A DNA stretch of 64,000 nt from assembly GCF_009914755.1 (NCBI RefSeq), contig NC_060948.1; one strand, 5' to 3'. Position numbers and translations under genes: made by a program. The stretch comes from the human T2T-CHM13v2.0 reference genome, Homo sapiens. Shown piece by piece: positions 42,899 through 62,221 of this stretch. The notes under the pieces are model-generated. The model made no database searches, was not told the DNA's origin, and saw nothing but the letters and a program-made list of their open reading frames with translations. Within the stretch, counting starts at the first letter, position 1. The number at the start of each line of letters is the position of its first letter.

Positions 42899-45005
42899 AG
42901 ATCCATATTTTTTAAATGAAAAAAAATTTCAAAGGTACTCTGCTTGGTACAATAATCAAATGTATAAACTGAGGAATAAAACATAACCATGAAACCTACT
43001 TATAACTGCATATGGAAAATACAGAGGATAATTTTTTAAATAACATATTTTGAAAGCCTTAACTAGTAATTTGAAGAGTTGGCATTTGAAAGGCCAGTAT
43101 GAATATACCTTCAAAGCAGCAACACAGGTTCCCCATGAGAAAAAGCAAACACAGGGAAAATAAAAACACAAAGGTTCAATCTCTTCTGACCTTTGAAAGA
43201 CACAGCACAGACAGTGGTCCTTAGGACGAAGAGCAGGAGACCCCTAATTCCGTCACCATGGCGATAGGGCATAAACATTGCTGGGTGAGGGCACAATCCA
43301 CATTGTGAGGTCCAACTGCTGCCAGGAAGACAGGAGTGCTTTTACATAGACCGAAAGGTCATTGAAGGCTCAGAGTTTTGTTTCAAGAACTGAATCCCAA
43401 GCCCACACGTTATTAGGCTGCGCTTCTTAAAACAAGTTATGAGATGGGAAAAAGGGCACCCACAAACATACGTATACATTATGTATATAATAATATACAG
43501 TATCATATATATAATATATATAACCTATGTATAATATTGTTTTACATCCTGCATCTTATGTTATATATATTGTATAAAATATAATAATTGATAATATATA
43601 AGTTTTATAATTATACAATATGACATATAGTATATATTATAATTTATGACATATATAATATATGTTATATGTCATATATAGAATATATTATACGGTTAAT
43701 ATACGTATTAAATATAAATTATACATTATATATATTATATATAATATATCTGTTATATATAATACCCATTATGCATAATATATATATTATGTCTATGTTA
43801 TATATAGTATAAAACAACATATAATAATATATAATTGTATATATAAAATGCGACATATAATATATATTATATTTTATAACATATGTAATATATATTATAT
43901 ATTATATATAATACGTTGTATGTATAATACCTATATTAAATATATATTATATGACTATGTTATTAATTACATGTCACATGTGATATATATTATATATTTT
44001 ACATAGAATATACCGGTTACATACAATATATACTATGTTACCTATAATGTATAATTTATTACATGTAAAATAAAGAATGCAATATATTATGTAAAATTTA
44101 TAACATACAATATGTGGAATGTGATATATATAACATATAATATATGATATATGATATACAGTATATGATATATAACATACAATATATGATTCCTATTATA
44201 TATGGTATACAATATATATTTTATGATATGTATTCTATATGTTTTATATTCTGTTATATATAACTATTTGAAATTATATATAACTGTATAATATTTTATG
44301 TAAATATGTAATATAATATATATAACTATATAATATATTATATATAACTATATATTATGTTATATATACTTTTATAACATAATTTACATAAAATATCATA
44401 AGATAATATATATTATATTATTTCATATTACATAATATATATTACATATCACCCAATATATCTAACATACATAATATTATAATATAGATTATATTATGTT
44501 ATATTAAATATCATATATATCATGTATCATATATTCTATAATATATATTACACATTATATAATATGTATGTTGTCTATTATGTGATATATATAACTATAT
44601 ATATAATTATATTTTTATACATATAACTAGATAAACATGTAATCCTACATATTTTCATTTATAATATGTAGAATTATATAATCATATGTAATTATTTATA
44701 TTCTATAAAAAATTTTATCATTATATAAATTATAATATATAAAAATTATAATATGTACTACAAATATATATATATTATATATCATATATGATATAGTACC
44801 TTTGTTATATATCATAATACATATAAATGTGTATTATGTTATCTATAATTATATAATTTCATATATAAGATGTATAATATGTATCATATATTATCTATGT
44901 TATGTAATATATATAGTATATATAAGATGACACAGGATAAATATTATATACTATGACATATAAAATATATGAGGTTATATGTTACATATAAGGCATAGCA
45001 CATAA

Positions 45006-45320
<315 letters not shown>

Positions 45321-47422
45321 AGATCCATACTTTTTAAATGAAAAAAAATTTCAAAGGTACTCTGCTTGGTACAATAATCAAATGTATAAACTGAGGAATA
45401 AAACATAACCATGAAACCTACTTATAACTGCATATGGAAAATACAGAGGATAATTTTTTAAATAACATATTTTGAAAGCCTTAACTAGTAATTTGAAGAG
45501 TTGGCATTTGAAAGGCCAGTATGAATATACCTTCAAAGCAGCAACACAGGTTCCCCATGAGAAAAAGCAAACTCAGGGAAAATAAAAACACAAAGGTTCA
45601 ATCTCTTCTGACCTTTGAAAGACACAGCACAGACAGTGGTCCTTAGGACGAAGAGCAGGAGACCCCTAATTCCGTCACCATGGCGATAGGGCATAAACAT
45701 TGCTGGGTGAGGGCACAATCCACATTGTGAGGTCCAACTGCTGCCAGGAAGACAGCAGTGCTTTTACATAGACCGAAAGGTCATTGAAGGCTCAGAGTTT
45801 TGTTTCAAGAACTGAATCCCAAGCCCACACGTTATTAGGCTGCGCTTCTTAAAACAAGTTATGAGATGGGAAAAAGGGCACCCACAAACATACGTATACA
45901 TTATGTATATAATAATATACAGTGTCATATATATAATATATATAACCTATGTATAATATAGTTTTACATCCTGCATCTTATGTTATATATATTGTATAAA
46001 ATATAATTATTGATAATATATAAGTTTTATAATTATACTATATGACATATAGTATATATTATAATTTATGACATATATAATATATGTTATATATCATATA
46101 TAGAATATATTATACGGTTAATATACGTATTAAATATAAATTATACATTATATATATTATATATAATATATCTGTTATATATAATACCCATTATGCATAA
46201 TATATATATTATGTCTATGTTATATATAGTATAAAACAACATATAATAATATATAATTGTATATATAAAATGCGACATATAATATATATTATATTTTATA
46301 ACATATGTAATATATATTACATATTATATATAATACGTTGTATGTATAATACCTATATTAAATATATATTATATGACTATGTTATTAATTACATGTCACA
46401 TGTGTTATATATTATATATTTTACATAGAATATACCGGTTACATACAATATATACTATGTTACCTATAATGTATAATTTATTACATGTAAAATAAAGAAT
46501 GCAATATATTATGTAAAATTTATAACATACAATATGTGGAATGTGATATATATAACATATAATATATGATATATGATATACAATATATGATATATAACAT
46601 ACAATATATGATTCCTAATATATATGGTATACAATATATATTTTATGATATGTATTCTCTATGTTTTATATTCTGTTATATATAACTATTTGAAATTATA
46701 TATAACTGTATATTTTATTTAAATATGTAATATAATATATATAACTATATAATATATTATATATAACTATATATTATGTTATATATACTTTTATAACATA
46801 ATTTACATAAAATATCATAATATAATATATATTATATTATTTCATATTACATAATATATATTACATATCACCCAATATAACTAACATACATAATATTATA
46901 ATATAGATTATATTGTGTTATATTAAATATCATATATATCATGTATCATATATTCTATAATATATATTACACATTATATAATATGTATGTTGTCTATTAT
47001 GTGATATATATAGCTATATATATAATTATATTTTTATACATATAACTAGATAAACATGTAATTCTACATATTTTCATTTATAATATGTAGAATTATATAA
47101 TCATATATAATTATTTATATTCTATAAAAAATTTTATCATTATATAAATTATAATATATAAAAATTATCATATGTACTACAAATATATATATTGTATATC
47201 ATATATGATATAGTATCTTTGTTATATATCATAATACATATAAATGTGTATTATGTTATCTATAATTATATAATTTCATATATAAGATATATAATATGTA
47301 TCATATATTATATATGTTATGTAATATATATAGTATATATAAGATGACACAGGATAAATATTATATACTATGACATATAAAATATATGAGGTTATATGTT
47401 ACATATAAGGCATAGCACATAA

Positions 47423-47737
<315 letters not shown>

Positions 47738-49833
47738 AGATCCATATTTTTTAAATGAAAAAAAATTTCAAAGGTACTCTGCTTGGTACAATAATCAAAT
47801 GTATAAACTGAGGAATAAAACATAACCATGAAACCTACTTATAACTGCATATGGAAAATACAGAGGATAATTTTTTAAATAACATATTTTGAAAGCCTTA
47901 ACTAGTAATTTGAAGAGTTGGCATTTGAAAGGCCAGTATGAATATACCTTCAAAGCAGCAACACAGGTTCCCCATGAGAAAAAGCAAACACAGGGAAAAT
48001 AAAAACACAAAGGTTCAATCTCTTCTGACCTTTGAAAGACACAGCACAGACAGTGGTCCTTAGGACGAAGAGCAGGAGACCCCTAATTCCGTCACCATGG
48101 CGATAGGGCATAAACATTGCTGGGTGAGGGCACAATCCACATTGTGAGGTCCAACTGCTGCCAGGAAGACAGGAGTGCTTTTACATAGACCGAAAGGTCA
48201 TTGAAGGCTCAGAGTTTTGTTTCAAGAACTGAATCCCAAGCCCACACGTTATTAGGCTGCGCTTCTTAAAACAAGTTATGAGATGGGAAAAAGGGCACCC
48301 ACAAACATACGTATACATTATGTATATAATAATATACAGTATCATATATATAATATATATAACCTATGTATAATATTGTTTTACATCCTGCATCTTATGT
48401 TATATATATTGTATAAAATATAATAATTGATAATATATAAGTTTTATAATTATACAATATGACATATAGTATATATTATAATTTATGACATATATAATAT
48501 ATGTTATATATCATATATAGAATATATTATACGGTTAATATACGTATTAAATATAAATTATACATTATATATATTATATATAATATATCTGTTATATATA
48601 ATACCCATTATGTATAATATATATATTATGTCTATGTTATATATAGTATAAAACAACATATAATAATATATAATTGTATATATAAAATGCGACATATAAT
48701 ATATATTATATTTTATAACATATGTAATATATATTATATATAATACGTTGTATGTATAATACCTATATTAAATATATATTATATGACTATGTTATTAATT
48801 ACATGTCACATGTGTTATATATTATATATTTTACATAGAATATACCGGTTACATACAATATATACTATGTTACCTATAATGTATAATTTATTACATGTAA
48901 AATAAAGAATGCAATATATTATGTATAATTTATAATATACAATATGTGAAATGTGATATATATAACATATAATATATGATATATGATATACAGTATATGA
49001 TATATAACATACAATATATGATTCCTAATATACATGGTATACAATATATATTTTATGATATGTATTCTATATGTTTTATATTCTGTTATATATAACTATT
49101 TGAAATTATATATAACTGTATAATATTTTATGTAAATATGTAATATAATATATATAACTATATAATATATTATATATAACTATATATTATGTTATATATA
49201 CTTTTATAACATAATTTACATAAAATATCATAATATAATATATATTATATTATTTCATATTACATAATATATATTACATATCACCCAATATAACTAACAT
49301 ACATAATATTATAATATAGATTACATTATGTTATATTAAATATCATATATATCATGTATCATATATTCTATAATATATATTACACATTATATAATATGTA
49401 TGTTGTCTATTATGTGATATATATAACTATATATAATTATATTTTTATACATATAACTAGATAAACATGTAATTCTACATATTTTCATTTATAATATGTA
49501 GAATTATATAATCATATATAATTATTTATATTCTATAAAAAATTTTATCATTATATAAATTATAATATATAAAAATTATAATATGTACTACAAATATATA
49601 TATTATATATCATATATGATATAGTACCTTTGTTATATATCATAATACATATAAATGTGTATTATGTTTTCTATAATTATATAATTTCATATATAAGATG
49701 TATAATATGTATCATATATTATATATGTTATGTAATATATATAGTATATATAAGATGACACAGGATAAATATTATATACTATGACATATAAAATATATGA
49801 GGTTATATGTTACATATAAGGCATAGCACATAA

Positions 49834-50148
<315 letters not shown>

Positions 50149-52242
50149 AGATCCATATTTTTTAAATGAAAAAAAATTTCAAAGGTACTCTGCTTGGTAC
50201 AATAATCAAATGTATAAACTGAGGAATAAAACATAACCATGAAACCTACTTATAACTGCATATGGAAAATACAGAGGATAATTTTTTAAATAACATATTT
50301 TGAAAGCCTTAACTAGTAATTTGAAGAGTTGGCATTTGAAAGGCCAGTATGAATATACCTTCAAAGCAGCAACACAGGTTCCCCATGAGAAAAAGCAAAC
50401 ACAGGGAAAATAAAAACACAAAGGTTCAATCTCTTCTGACCTTTGAAAGACACAGCACAGACAGTGGTCCTTAGGACGAAGAGCAGGAGACCCCTAATTC
50501 CGTCACCATGGCGATAGGGCATAAACATTGCTGGGTGAGGGCACAATCCACATTGTGAGGTCCAACTGCTGCCAGGAAGACAGGAGTGCTTTTACATAGA
50601 CCGAAAGGTCATTGAAGGCTCAGAGTTTTGTTTCAAGAACTGAATCCCAAGCCCACACGTTATTAGGCTGCGCTTCTTAAAACAAGTTATGAGATGGGAA
50701 AAAGGGCACCCACAAACATACGTATACATTATGTATATAATAATATACAGTATCATATATATAATATATATAACCTATGTATAATATTGTTTTACATCCT
50801 GCATCTTATGTTATATATATTGTATAAAATATAATAATTGATAATATATAAGTTTTATAATTATACAATATGACATATAGTATATATTATAATTTATGAC
50901 ATATATAATATATGTTATATATCATATATAGAATATATTATACGGTTAATATACGTATTAAATATAAATTATACATTATATATATTATATATAATATATC
51001 TGTTATATATAATACCCATTATGTATAATATATATTATGTCTATGTTATATATAGTATAAAACAACACATAATAATATATAATTGTATATATAAAATGCG
51101 ACATATAATATATATTATAATTTATAACATATGTAATATATATTATATATAATACGTTGTATGTATAATAGCTATATTAAATATATATTATATGACTATG
51201 TTATTAATTACATGTCACATGTGTTATATATTATATATTTTACATAGAATATACCGGTTACATACAATATATACTATGTTACCTATAATGTATAATTTAT
51301 TACATGTAAAATAAAGAATGCAATATATTATGTATAATTTATAATATACAATATGTGGAATGTGATATATATAACATATAATATATGATATATGATATAC
51401 AGTATATGATATATAACATACAATATATGATTCCTAATATACATGGTATACAATATATATTTTATGATATGTATTCTATATGTTTTATATTCTGTTATAT
51501 ATAACTATTTGAAATTATATATAACTGTATAATATTTTATGTAAATATGTAATATAATATATATAACTATATAATATATTATATATAACTATATATTATG
51601 TTATATATACTTTTATAACATAATTTACATAAAATATCATAATATGATATATATTATATTATTTCATATTACATAATATATATTACATATCACCCAATAT
51701 AACTAACATACATAATATTATAATATAGATTACATTATGTTATATTAAATATCATATATATCATGTATCATATATTCTATAATATATATTACACATTATA
51801 TAATATGTATGTTGTCTATTATGTGATATATATAACTATATATAATTATATTTTTATACATATAACTAGATAAACATGTAATTCTACATATTTTCATTTA
51901 TAATATGTAGAATTATATAATCATATATAATTATTTATATTCTATAAAAAATTTTATCATTCTATAAATTATAATATATAAAAATTATAATATGTACTAC
52001 AAATATATATATTATATATCATATATGATATAGTACCTTTGTTATATATCATAATACATATAAATGTGTATTATGTTTTCTATAATTATATAATTTCATA
52101 TATAAGATATATAATATGTATCATATATTATATATGTTATGTAATATATATAGTATATATAAGATGACACAGGATAAATATTATATACTATGACATATAA
52201 AATATATGAGGTTATATGTTACATATAAGGCATAGCACATAA

Positions 52243-52557
<315 letters not shown>

Positions 52558-54661
52558 AGATCCATATTTTTTAAATGAAAAAAAATTTCAAAGGTACTCT
52601 GCTTGGTACAATAATCAAATGTATAAACTGAGGAATAAAACATAACCATGAAACCTACTTATAACTGCATATGGAAAATACAGAGGATAATTTTTTAAAT
52701 AACATATTTTGAAAGCCTTAACTAGTAATTTGAAGAGCTGGCATTTGAAAGGCCAGTATGAATATACCTTCAAAGCAGCAACACAGGTTCCCCATGAGAA
52801 AAAGCAAACACAGGGAAAATAAAAACACAAAGGTTCAATCTCTTCTGACCTTTGAAAGACACAGCACAGACAGTGGTCCTTAGGACGAAGAGCAGGAGAC
52901 CCCTAATTCCGTCACCATGGCGATAGGGCATAAACATTGCTGGGTGAGGGCACAATCCACATTGTGAGGTCCAACTGCTGCCAGGAAGACAGGAGTGCTT
53001 TTACATAGACCGAAAGGTCATTGAAGGCTCAGAGTTTTGTTTCAAGAACTGAATCCCAAGCCCACACGTTATTAGGCTGCGCTTCTTAAAACAAGTTATG
53101 AGATGGGAAAAAGGGCACCCACAAACATACGTATACATTATGTATATAATAATATACAGTATCATATATATAATATATATAACCTATGTATAATATTGTT
53201 TTACATCCTATATCTTATGTTATATATATTGTATAAAATATAATAATTGATAATATATAAGTTTTATAATTATACAATATGACATATAGTATATATTATA
53301 ATTTATGACATATATAATATATGTTATATATCATATATAGAATATATTATACGGTTAATATACGTATTAAATATAAATTATACATTATATATATTATATA
53401 TAATATATCTGTTATATATAATACCCATTATGCATAATATATATATTATGTCTATGTTATATATAGTATAAAACAACATATAATAATATATAATTGTATA
53501 TATAAAATGCGACATATAATATATATTATATTTTATAACATATGTAATATATATTATATATTATATATAATACGTTGTATGTATAATACCTATATTAAAT
53601 ATATATTATATGACTATGTTATTAATTACATGTCACATGTGTTATATATTATATATTTTACATAGAATATACCGGTTACATACAATATATACTATGTTAC
53701 CTATAATGTATAATTTATTACATGTGAAATAAAAATGCAATATATTATGTAAAATTTATAACATACAATATGTGGAATGTGATATATATAACATATAATA
53801 TATGATATATGATATACAGTATATGATATATATCATACAATATATGATTCCTAATATATATGGTATACAATATATATTTTATGATATGTATTCTATATGT
53901 TTTATATTCTGTTATATATAACTATTTGAAATTATATATAACTGTATAATATTTTATGTAAATATGTAATATAATATATATAACTATATAATATATTATA
54001 TATAACTATATATTATGTTATATATACTTTTATAACATAATTTACATAAAATATCATAATATAATATATATTATATTATTTCATATTACATAATATATAT
54101 TACATATCACCCAATATAACTAACATACATAATATTATTATATAGATTATATTGTGTTATATTAAATATCATATATATCATGTATCATATATTCTATAAT
54201 ATATATTACACATTATATAATATGTATGTTGTCTATTATGTGATATATATAACTATATATATAATTATATTTTTATACATATAACTAGATAAACATGTAA
54301 TTCTACATATTTTCATTTATAATATGTAGAATTATATAATCATATATAATTATTTATATTCTATAAAAAATTTTATCATTCTATAAATTATAATATATAA
54401 AAATTATAATATGTACTACAAATATATATATTATATATCATATATGATATAGTACCTTTGTTATATATCATAATACATATAAATGTGTATTATGTTATCT
54501 ATAATTATATAATTTCATATATAAGATGTATAATATGTATCATATATTATATATGTTATGTAATATATATAGTATATATAAGATGACACAGGATAAATAT
54601 TATATACTATGACATATAAAATAGATGAAGTCATATGTTACATATAAGGCATAGCACATAA

Positions 54662-54976
<315 letters not shown>

Positions 54977-57074
54977 AGATCCATACTTTTTAAATGAAAA
55001 AAAATTTCAAAGGTACTCTGCTTGGTACAATAATCAAATGTATAAACTGAGGAATAAAACATAACCATGAAACCTACTTATAACTGCATATGGAAAATAC
55101 AGAGGATAATTTTTTAAATAACATATTTTGAAAGCCTTAACTAGTAATTTGAAGAGTTGGCATTTGAAAGGCCAGTATGAATATACCTTCAAAGCAGCAA
55201 CACAGGTTCCCCATGAGAAAAAGCAAACTCAGGGAAAATAAAAACACAAAGGTTCAATCTCTTCTGACCTTTGAAAGACACAGCACAGACAGTGGTCCTT
55301 AGGACGAAGAGCAGGAGACCCCTAATTCCGTCACCATGGCGATAGGGCATAAACATTGCTGGGTGAGGGCACAATCCACATTGTGAGGTCCAACTGCTGC
55401 CAGGAAGACAGGAGTGCTTTTACATAGACCGAAAGGTCATTGAAGGCTCAGAGTTTTGTTTCAAGAACTGAATCCCAAGCCCACACGTTATTAGGCTGCG
55501 CTTCTTAAAACAAGTTATGAGATGGGAAAAAGGGCACCCACAAACATACGTATACATTATGTATATAATAATATACAGTATCATATATATAATATATATA
55601 ACCTATGTATAATATTGTTTTACATCCTGCATCTTATGTTATATATATTGTATAAAATATAATAATTGATAATATATAAGTTTTATAATTATACAATATG
55701 ACATATAGTATATATTATAATTTATGACATATATAATATATGTTATATATCATATATAGAATATATTATACGGTTAATATACGTATTAAATATAAATTAT
55801 ACATTATATATATTATATATAATATATCTGTTATATATAATACCCATTATGCATAATATATATATTATGTCTATGTTATATATAGTATAAAACAACATAT
55901 AATAATATATAATTGTATATATAAAATGCGACATATAATATATATTATATTTTATAACATATGTAATATATATTATATATAATACGTTGTATGTATAATA
56001 CCTATATTAAATATATATTATATGACTATGTTATTAATTACATGTCACATGTGTTATATATTATATATTTTACATAGAATATACCGGTTACATACAATAT
56101 ATACTATGTTACCTATAATGTATAATTTATTACATGTAAAATAAAGAATGCAATATATTATGTAAAATTTATATCATACAATATGTGGAATGTGATGTAT
56201 ATAACATATAATATATGATATATGATATACAGTATATGATATATAACATACAATATATGATTCCTAATATATATGGTATACAATATATATTTTATGATAT
56301 GTATTCTATATGTTTTATATTCTGTTATATATAACTATTTGAAATTATATATAACTGTATAATATTTTATGTAAATATGTAATATAATATATATAACTAT
56401 ATAATATATTATATATAACTATATATTATGTTATATATACTTTTATAACATAATTTACATAAAATATCATAATATAATATATATTATATTATTTCATATT
56501 ACATAATATATATTACATATCGCCCAATATAACTAACATACATAATATTATAATATAGATTATATTGTGTAATATTAAATATCATATATATCATGTATCA
56601 TATATTCTATAATATATATTACACATTATATAATATGTATGTTGTCTATTATGTGATATATATAACTATATATATAATTATATTTTTATACATATAACTA
56701 GATAAACATGTAATTCTACATATTTTCATTTATAATATGTAGAATTATATAATCATATATAATTATTTATATTGTATAAAAAATTTTATCATTATATAAA
56801 TTATAATATATAAAAATTATAATAGGTACTACAAATATATATATTATATATCATATATGATATAGTACCTTTGTTATATATCATAATACATATAAATGTG
56901 TATTATGTTATCTATAATTATATAATTTCATATATAAGATGTATAATATGTATCATATATTATATATGTTATGTAATATATATAGTATATATAAGATGAC
57001 ACAGGATAAATATTATATACTATGACATATAAAATATATGAGGTTATATGTTACATATAAGGCATAGCACATAA

Positions 57075-57389
<315 letters not shown>

Positions 57390-59516
57390 AGATCCATATT
57401 TTTTAAATGAAAAAAAATTTCAAAGGTACTCTGCTTGGTACAATAATCAAATGTATAAACTGAGGAATAAAACATAACCATGAAACCTACTTATAACTGC
57501 ATATGGAAAATACAGAGGATAATTTTTTAAATAACATATTTTGAAAGCCTTAACTAGTAATTTGAAGAGTTGGCATTTGAAAGGCCAGTATGAATATACC
57601 TTCAAAGCAGCAACACAGGTTCCCCATGAGAAAAAGCAAACACAGGGAAAATAAAAACACAAAGGTTCAATCTCTTCTGACCTTTGAAAGACACAGCACA
57701 GACAGTGGTCCTTAGGACGAAGAGCAGGAGACCCCTAATTCCGTCACCATGGCGATAGGGCATAAACATTGCTGGGTGAGGGCACAATCCACATTGTGAG
57801 GTCCAACTGCTGCCAGGAAGACAGGAGTGCTTTTACATAGACCGAAAGGTCATTGAAGGCTCAGAGTTTTGTTTCAAGAACTGAATCCCAAGCCCACACG
57901 TTATTAGGCTGCGCTTCTTAAAACAAGTTATGAGATGGGAAAAAGGGCACCCACAAACATACGTATACATTATGTATATAATAATATACAGTATCATATA
58001 TATAATATATATAACCTATGTATAATATTGTTTTACATCCTATATCTTATGTTATATATATTGTATAAAATATAATAATTGATAATATATAAGTTTTATA
58101 ATTATACAATATGACATATAGTATATAATATAATTTATGACATATATAATATATGTTATATATCATATATAGAATATATTATACGGTTAATATACGTATT
58201 AAATATAAATTATACATTATATATATTATATATAATATATCTGTTATATATAATACCCATTATGCATAATATATATATTATGTCTATATTATATATAGTA
58301 TAAAACAACATATAATAATATATAATTGTATATATAAAATGCGACATATAATATATATTATATTTTATAAGATATGTAATATATATTATATATTATATAT
58401 AATACGTTGTATGTATAATACCTATATTAAATATATATTATATGACTATGTTATTAATTACATGTCACATGTGTTATATATTATATATTTTACATAGAAT
58501 ATACCGGTTACATACAATATATACTATGTTACCTATAATGTATAATTTATTACATGTGAAATAAAAATGCAATATATTATGTAAAATTTATAACATACAA
58601 TATGTGGAATGTGATATATATAACATATAATATATGATATATGATATACAGTATATGATATATAACATACAATATATGATTCCTAATATATATGGTATAC
58701 AATATATATTTTATGATATGTATTCTATATGTTTTATATTCTGTTATATATAACTATTTGAAATTATATATAACTGTATAATATTTTATGTAAATATGTA
58801 ATATAATATATATAACTATATAATATATTATATATAACTATATATTATGTTATATATACTTTTATAACATAATTTACATAAAATATCATAATATAATATA
58901 TATTATATTATTTCATATTACATAATATATATTACATATCACCCAATATAACTAACATACATAATATTATTATATAGATTATATTGTGTTATATTAAATA
59001 TCATATATATCATGTATCATATATTCTATAATATATATTACACATTATATAATATGTATGTTGTCTATTATGTGATATATATAACTATATATATAATTAT
59101 ATTTTTATACATATAACTAGATAAACATGTAATTCTACATATTTTCATTTATAATATGTAGAATTATATAATCATATATAATTATTTATATTCTATAAAA
59201 AATTTTATCATTCTATAAATTATAATATATAAAAATTATAATATGTACTACAAATATATATATTATATATCATATATGATATAGTACCTTTGTTATATAT
59301 CATAATACATATAAATGTGTATTATGTTATCTATAATTATATAATTTCATATATAAGATGTATAATATGTATCATATATTATATATGTTATGTAATATAT
59401 ATAGTATATATAAGATGACACAGGATAAATATTATATACTATGACATATAAAATAGATGAGGTCATATGTTACATATAAGGCATAGCACATAACATGTAA
59501 TATATATCATATATAA

Positions 59517-59808
59517 TTTTTTTTTAGACAGAATCTTGTCCTGTTGCACAGGGTGGGGTACAATGGCGCCATCTTTGCTCACTGCAACTTCTGCCTCACA
59601 GGTCCAAGCGATTGTCCTCCCTCAGCCTCCCAGGTAGCTGGGACTACACCACACTGGGACTACACCAGCTGCCACCATGCCTAGCTAATTTTTTGGATTT
59701 TTAGTAGTGACAGCGTTTCACTGTATTGGCCAGGATGGTCTTGATCTCTTCACCTTGTGATCCCCTTGCCTTGGCCTCCAAATTTGCTGGGATTACAGGC
59801 CTGAGCCA
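59517..59808 (-). mobile_element. Alu (U25)
   Basis: Copy of U1 Alu. Confidence 0.95.
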
Positions 59809-61906
59809 AGATCCATACTTTTTAAATGAAAAAAAATTTCAAAGGTACTCTGCTTGGTACAATAATCAAATGTATAAACTGAGGAATAAAACATAACCAT
59901 GAAACCTACTTATAACTGCATATGGAAAATACAGAGGATAATTTTTTAAATAACATATTTTGAAAGCCTTAACTAGTAATTTGAAGAGTTGGCATTTGAA
60001 AGGCCAGTATGAATATACCTTCAAAGCAGCAACACAGGTTCCCCATGAGAAAAAGCAAACTCAGGGAAAATAAAAACACAAAGGTTCAATCTCTTCTGAC
60101 CTTTGAAAGACACAGCACAGACAGTGGTCCTTAGGACGAAGAGCAGGAGACCCCTAATTCCGTCACCATGGCGATAGAGCATAAACATTGCTGGGTGAGG
60201 GCACAATCCACATTGTGAGGTCCAACTGCTGCCAGGAAGACAGGAGTGCTTTTACATAGACCGAAAGGTCATTGAAGGCTCAGAGTTTTGTTTCAAGAAC
60301 TGAATCCCAAGCCCACACGTTATTAGGCTGCGCTTCTTAAAACAAGTTATGAGATGGGAAAAAGGGCACCCACAAACATACGTATACATTATGTATATAA
60401 TAATATACAGTGTCATATATATAATATATATAACCTATGTATAATATTGTTTTACATCCTGCATCTTATGTTATATATATTGTATAAAATATAATAATTG
60501 ATAATATATAAGTTTTATAATTATACAATATGACATATAGTATATATTATAATTTATGACATATATAATATATGTTATATATCATATATAGAATATATTA
60601 TCCGGTTAATATACGTATTAAATATAAATTATACATTATATATATTATATATAATATATCTGTTATATATAATACCCATTATGCATAATATATATATTAT
60701 GTCTATGTTATATATAGTATAAAACAACATATAATAATATATAATTGTATATATAAAATGCGACATATAATATATATTATATTTTATAACATATGTAATA
60801 TATATTATATATAATACGTTGTATGTATAATACCTATATTAAATATATATTATATGACTATGTTATTAATTACATGTCACATGTGTTATATATTATATAT
60901 TTTACATAGAATATACCGGTTACATACAATATATACTATGTTACCTATAATGTATAATTTATTACATGTAAAATAAAGAATGCAATATATTATGTAAAAT
61001 TTATATCATACAATATGTGGAATGTGATGTATATAACATATAATATATGATATATGATATACAGTATATGATATATAACATACAATATATGATTCCTAAT
61101 ATATATGGTATACAATATATATTTTATGATATGTATTCTATATGTTTTATATTCTGTTATATATAACTATTTGAAATTATATATAACTGTATAATATTTT
61201 ATGTAAATATGTAATATAATATATATAACTATATAATATATTATATATAACTATATATTATGTTATATATACTTTTATAACATAATTTACATAAAATATC
61301 ATAATATAATATATATTATATTATTTCATATTACATAATATATATTACATATCACCCAATATAACTAACATACATAATATTATAATATAGATTATATTGT
61401 GTAATATTAAATATCATATATATCATGTATCATATATTCTATAATATATATTACACATTATATAATATGTATGTTGTCTATTATGTGATATATATAACTA
61501 TATATATAATTATATTTTTATACATATAACTAGATAAACATGTAATCCTACATATTTTCATTTATAATATGTAGAATTATATAATCATATATAATTATTT
61601 ATATTGTATAAAAAATTTTATCATTATATAAATTATAATATATAAAAATTATAATAGGTACTACAAATATATATATTATATATCATATATGATATAGTAC
61701 CTTTGTTATATATCATAATACATATAAATGTGTATTATGTTATCTATAATTATATAATTTCATATATAAGATGTATAATATGTATCATATATTATATATG
61801 TTATGTAATATATATAGTATATATAAGATGACACAGGATAAATATTATATACTATGACATATAAAATATATGAGGTTATATGTTACATATAAGGCATAGC
61901 ACATAA

Positions 61907-62221
<315 letters not shown>

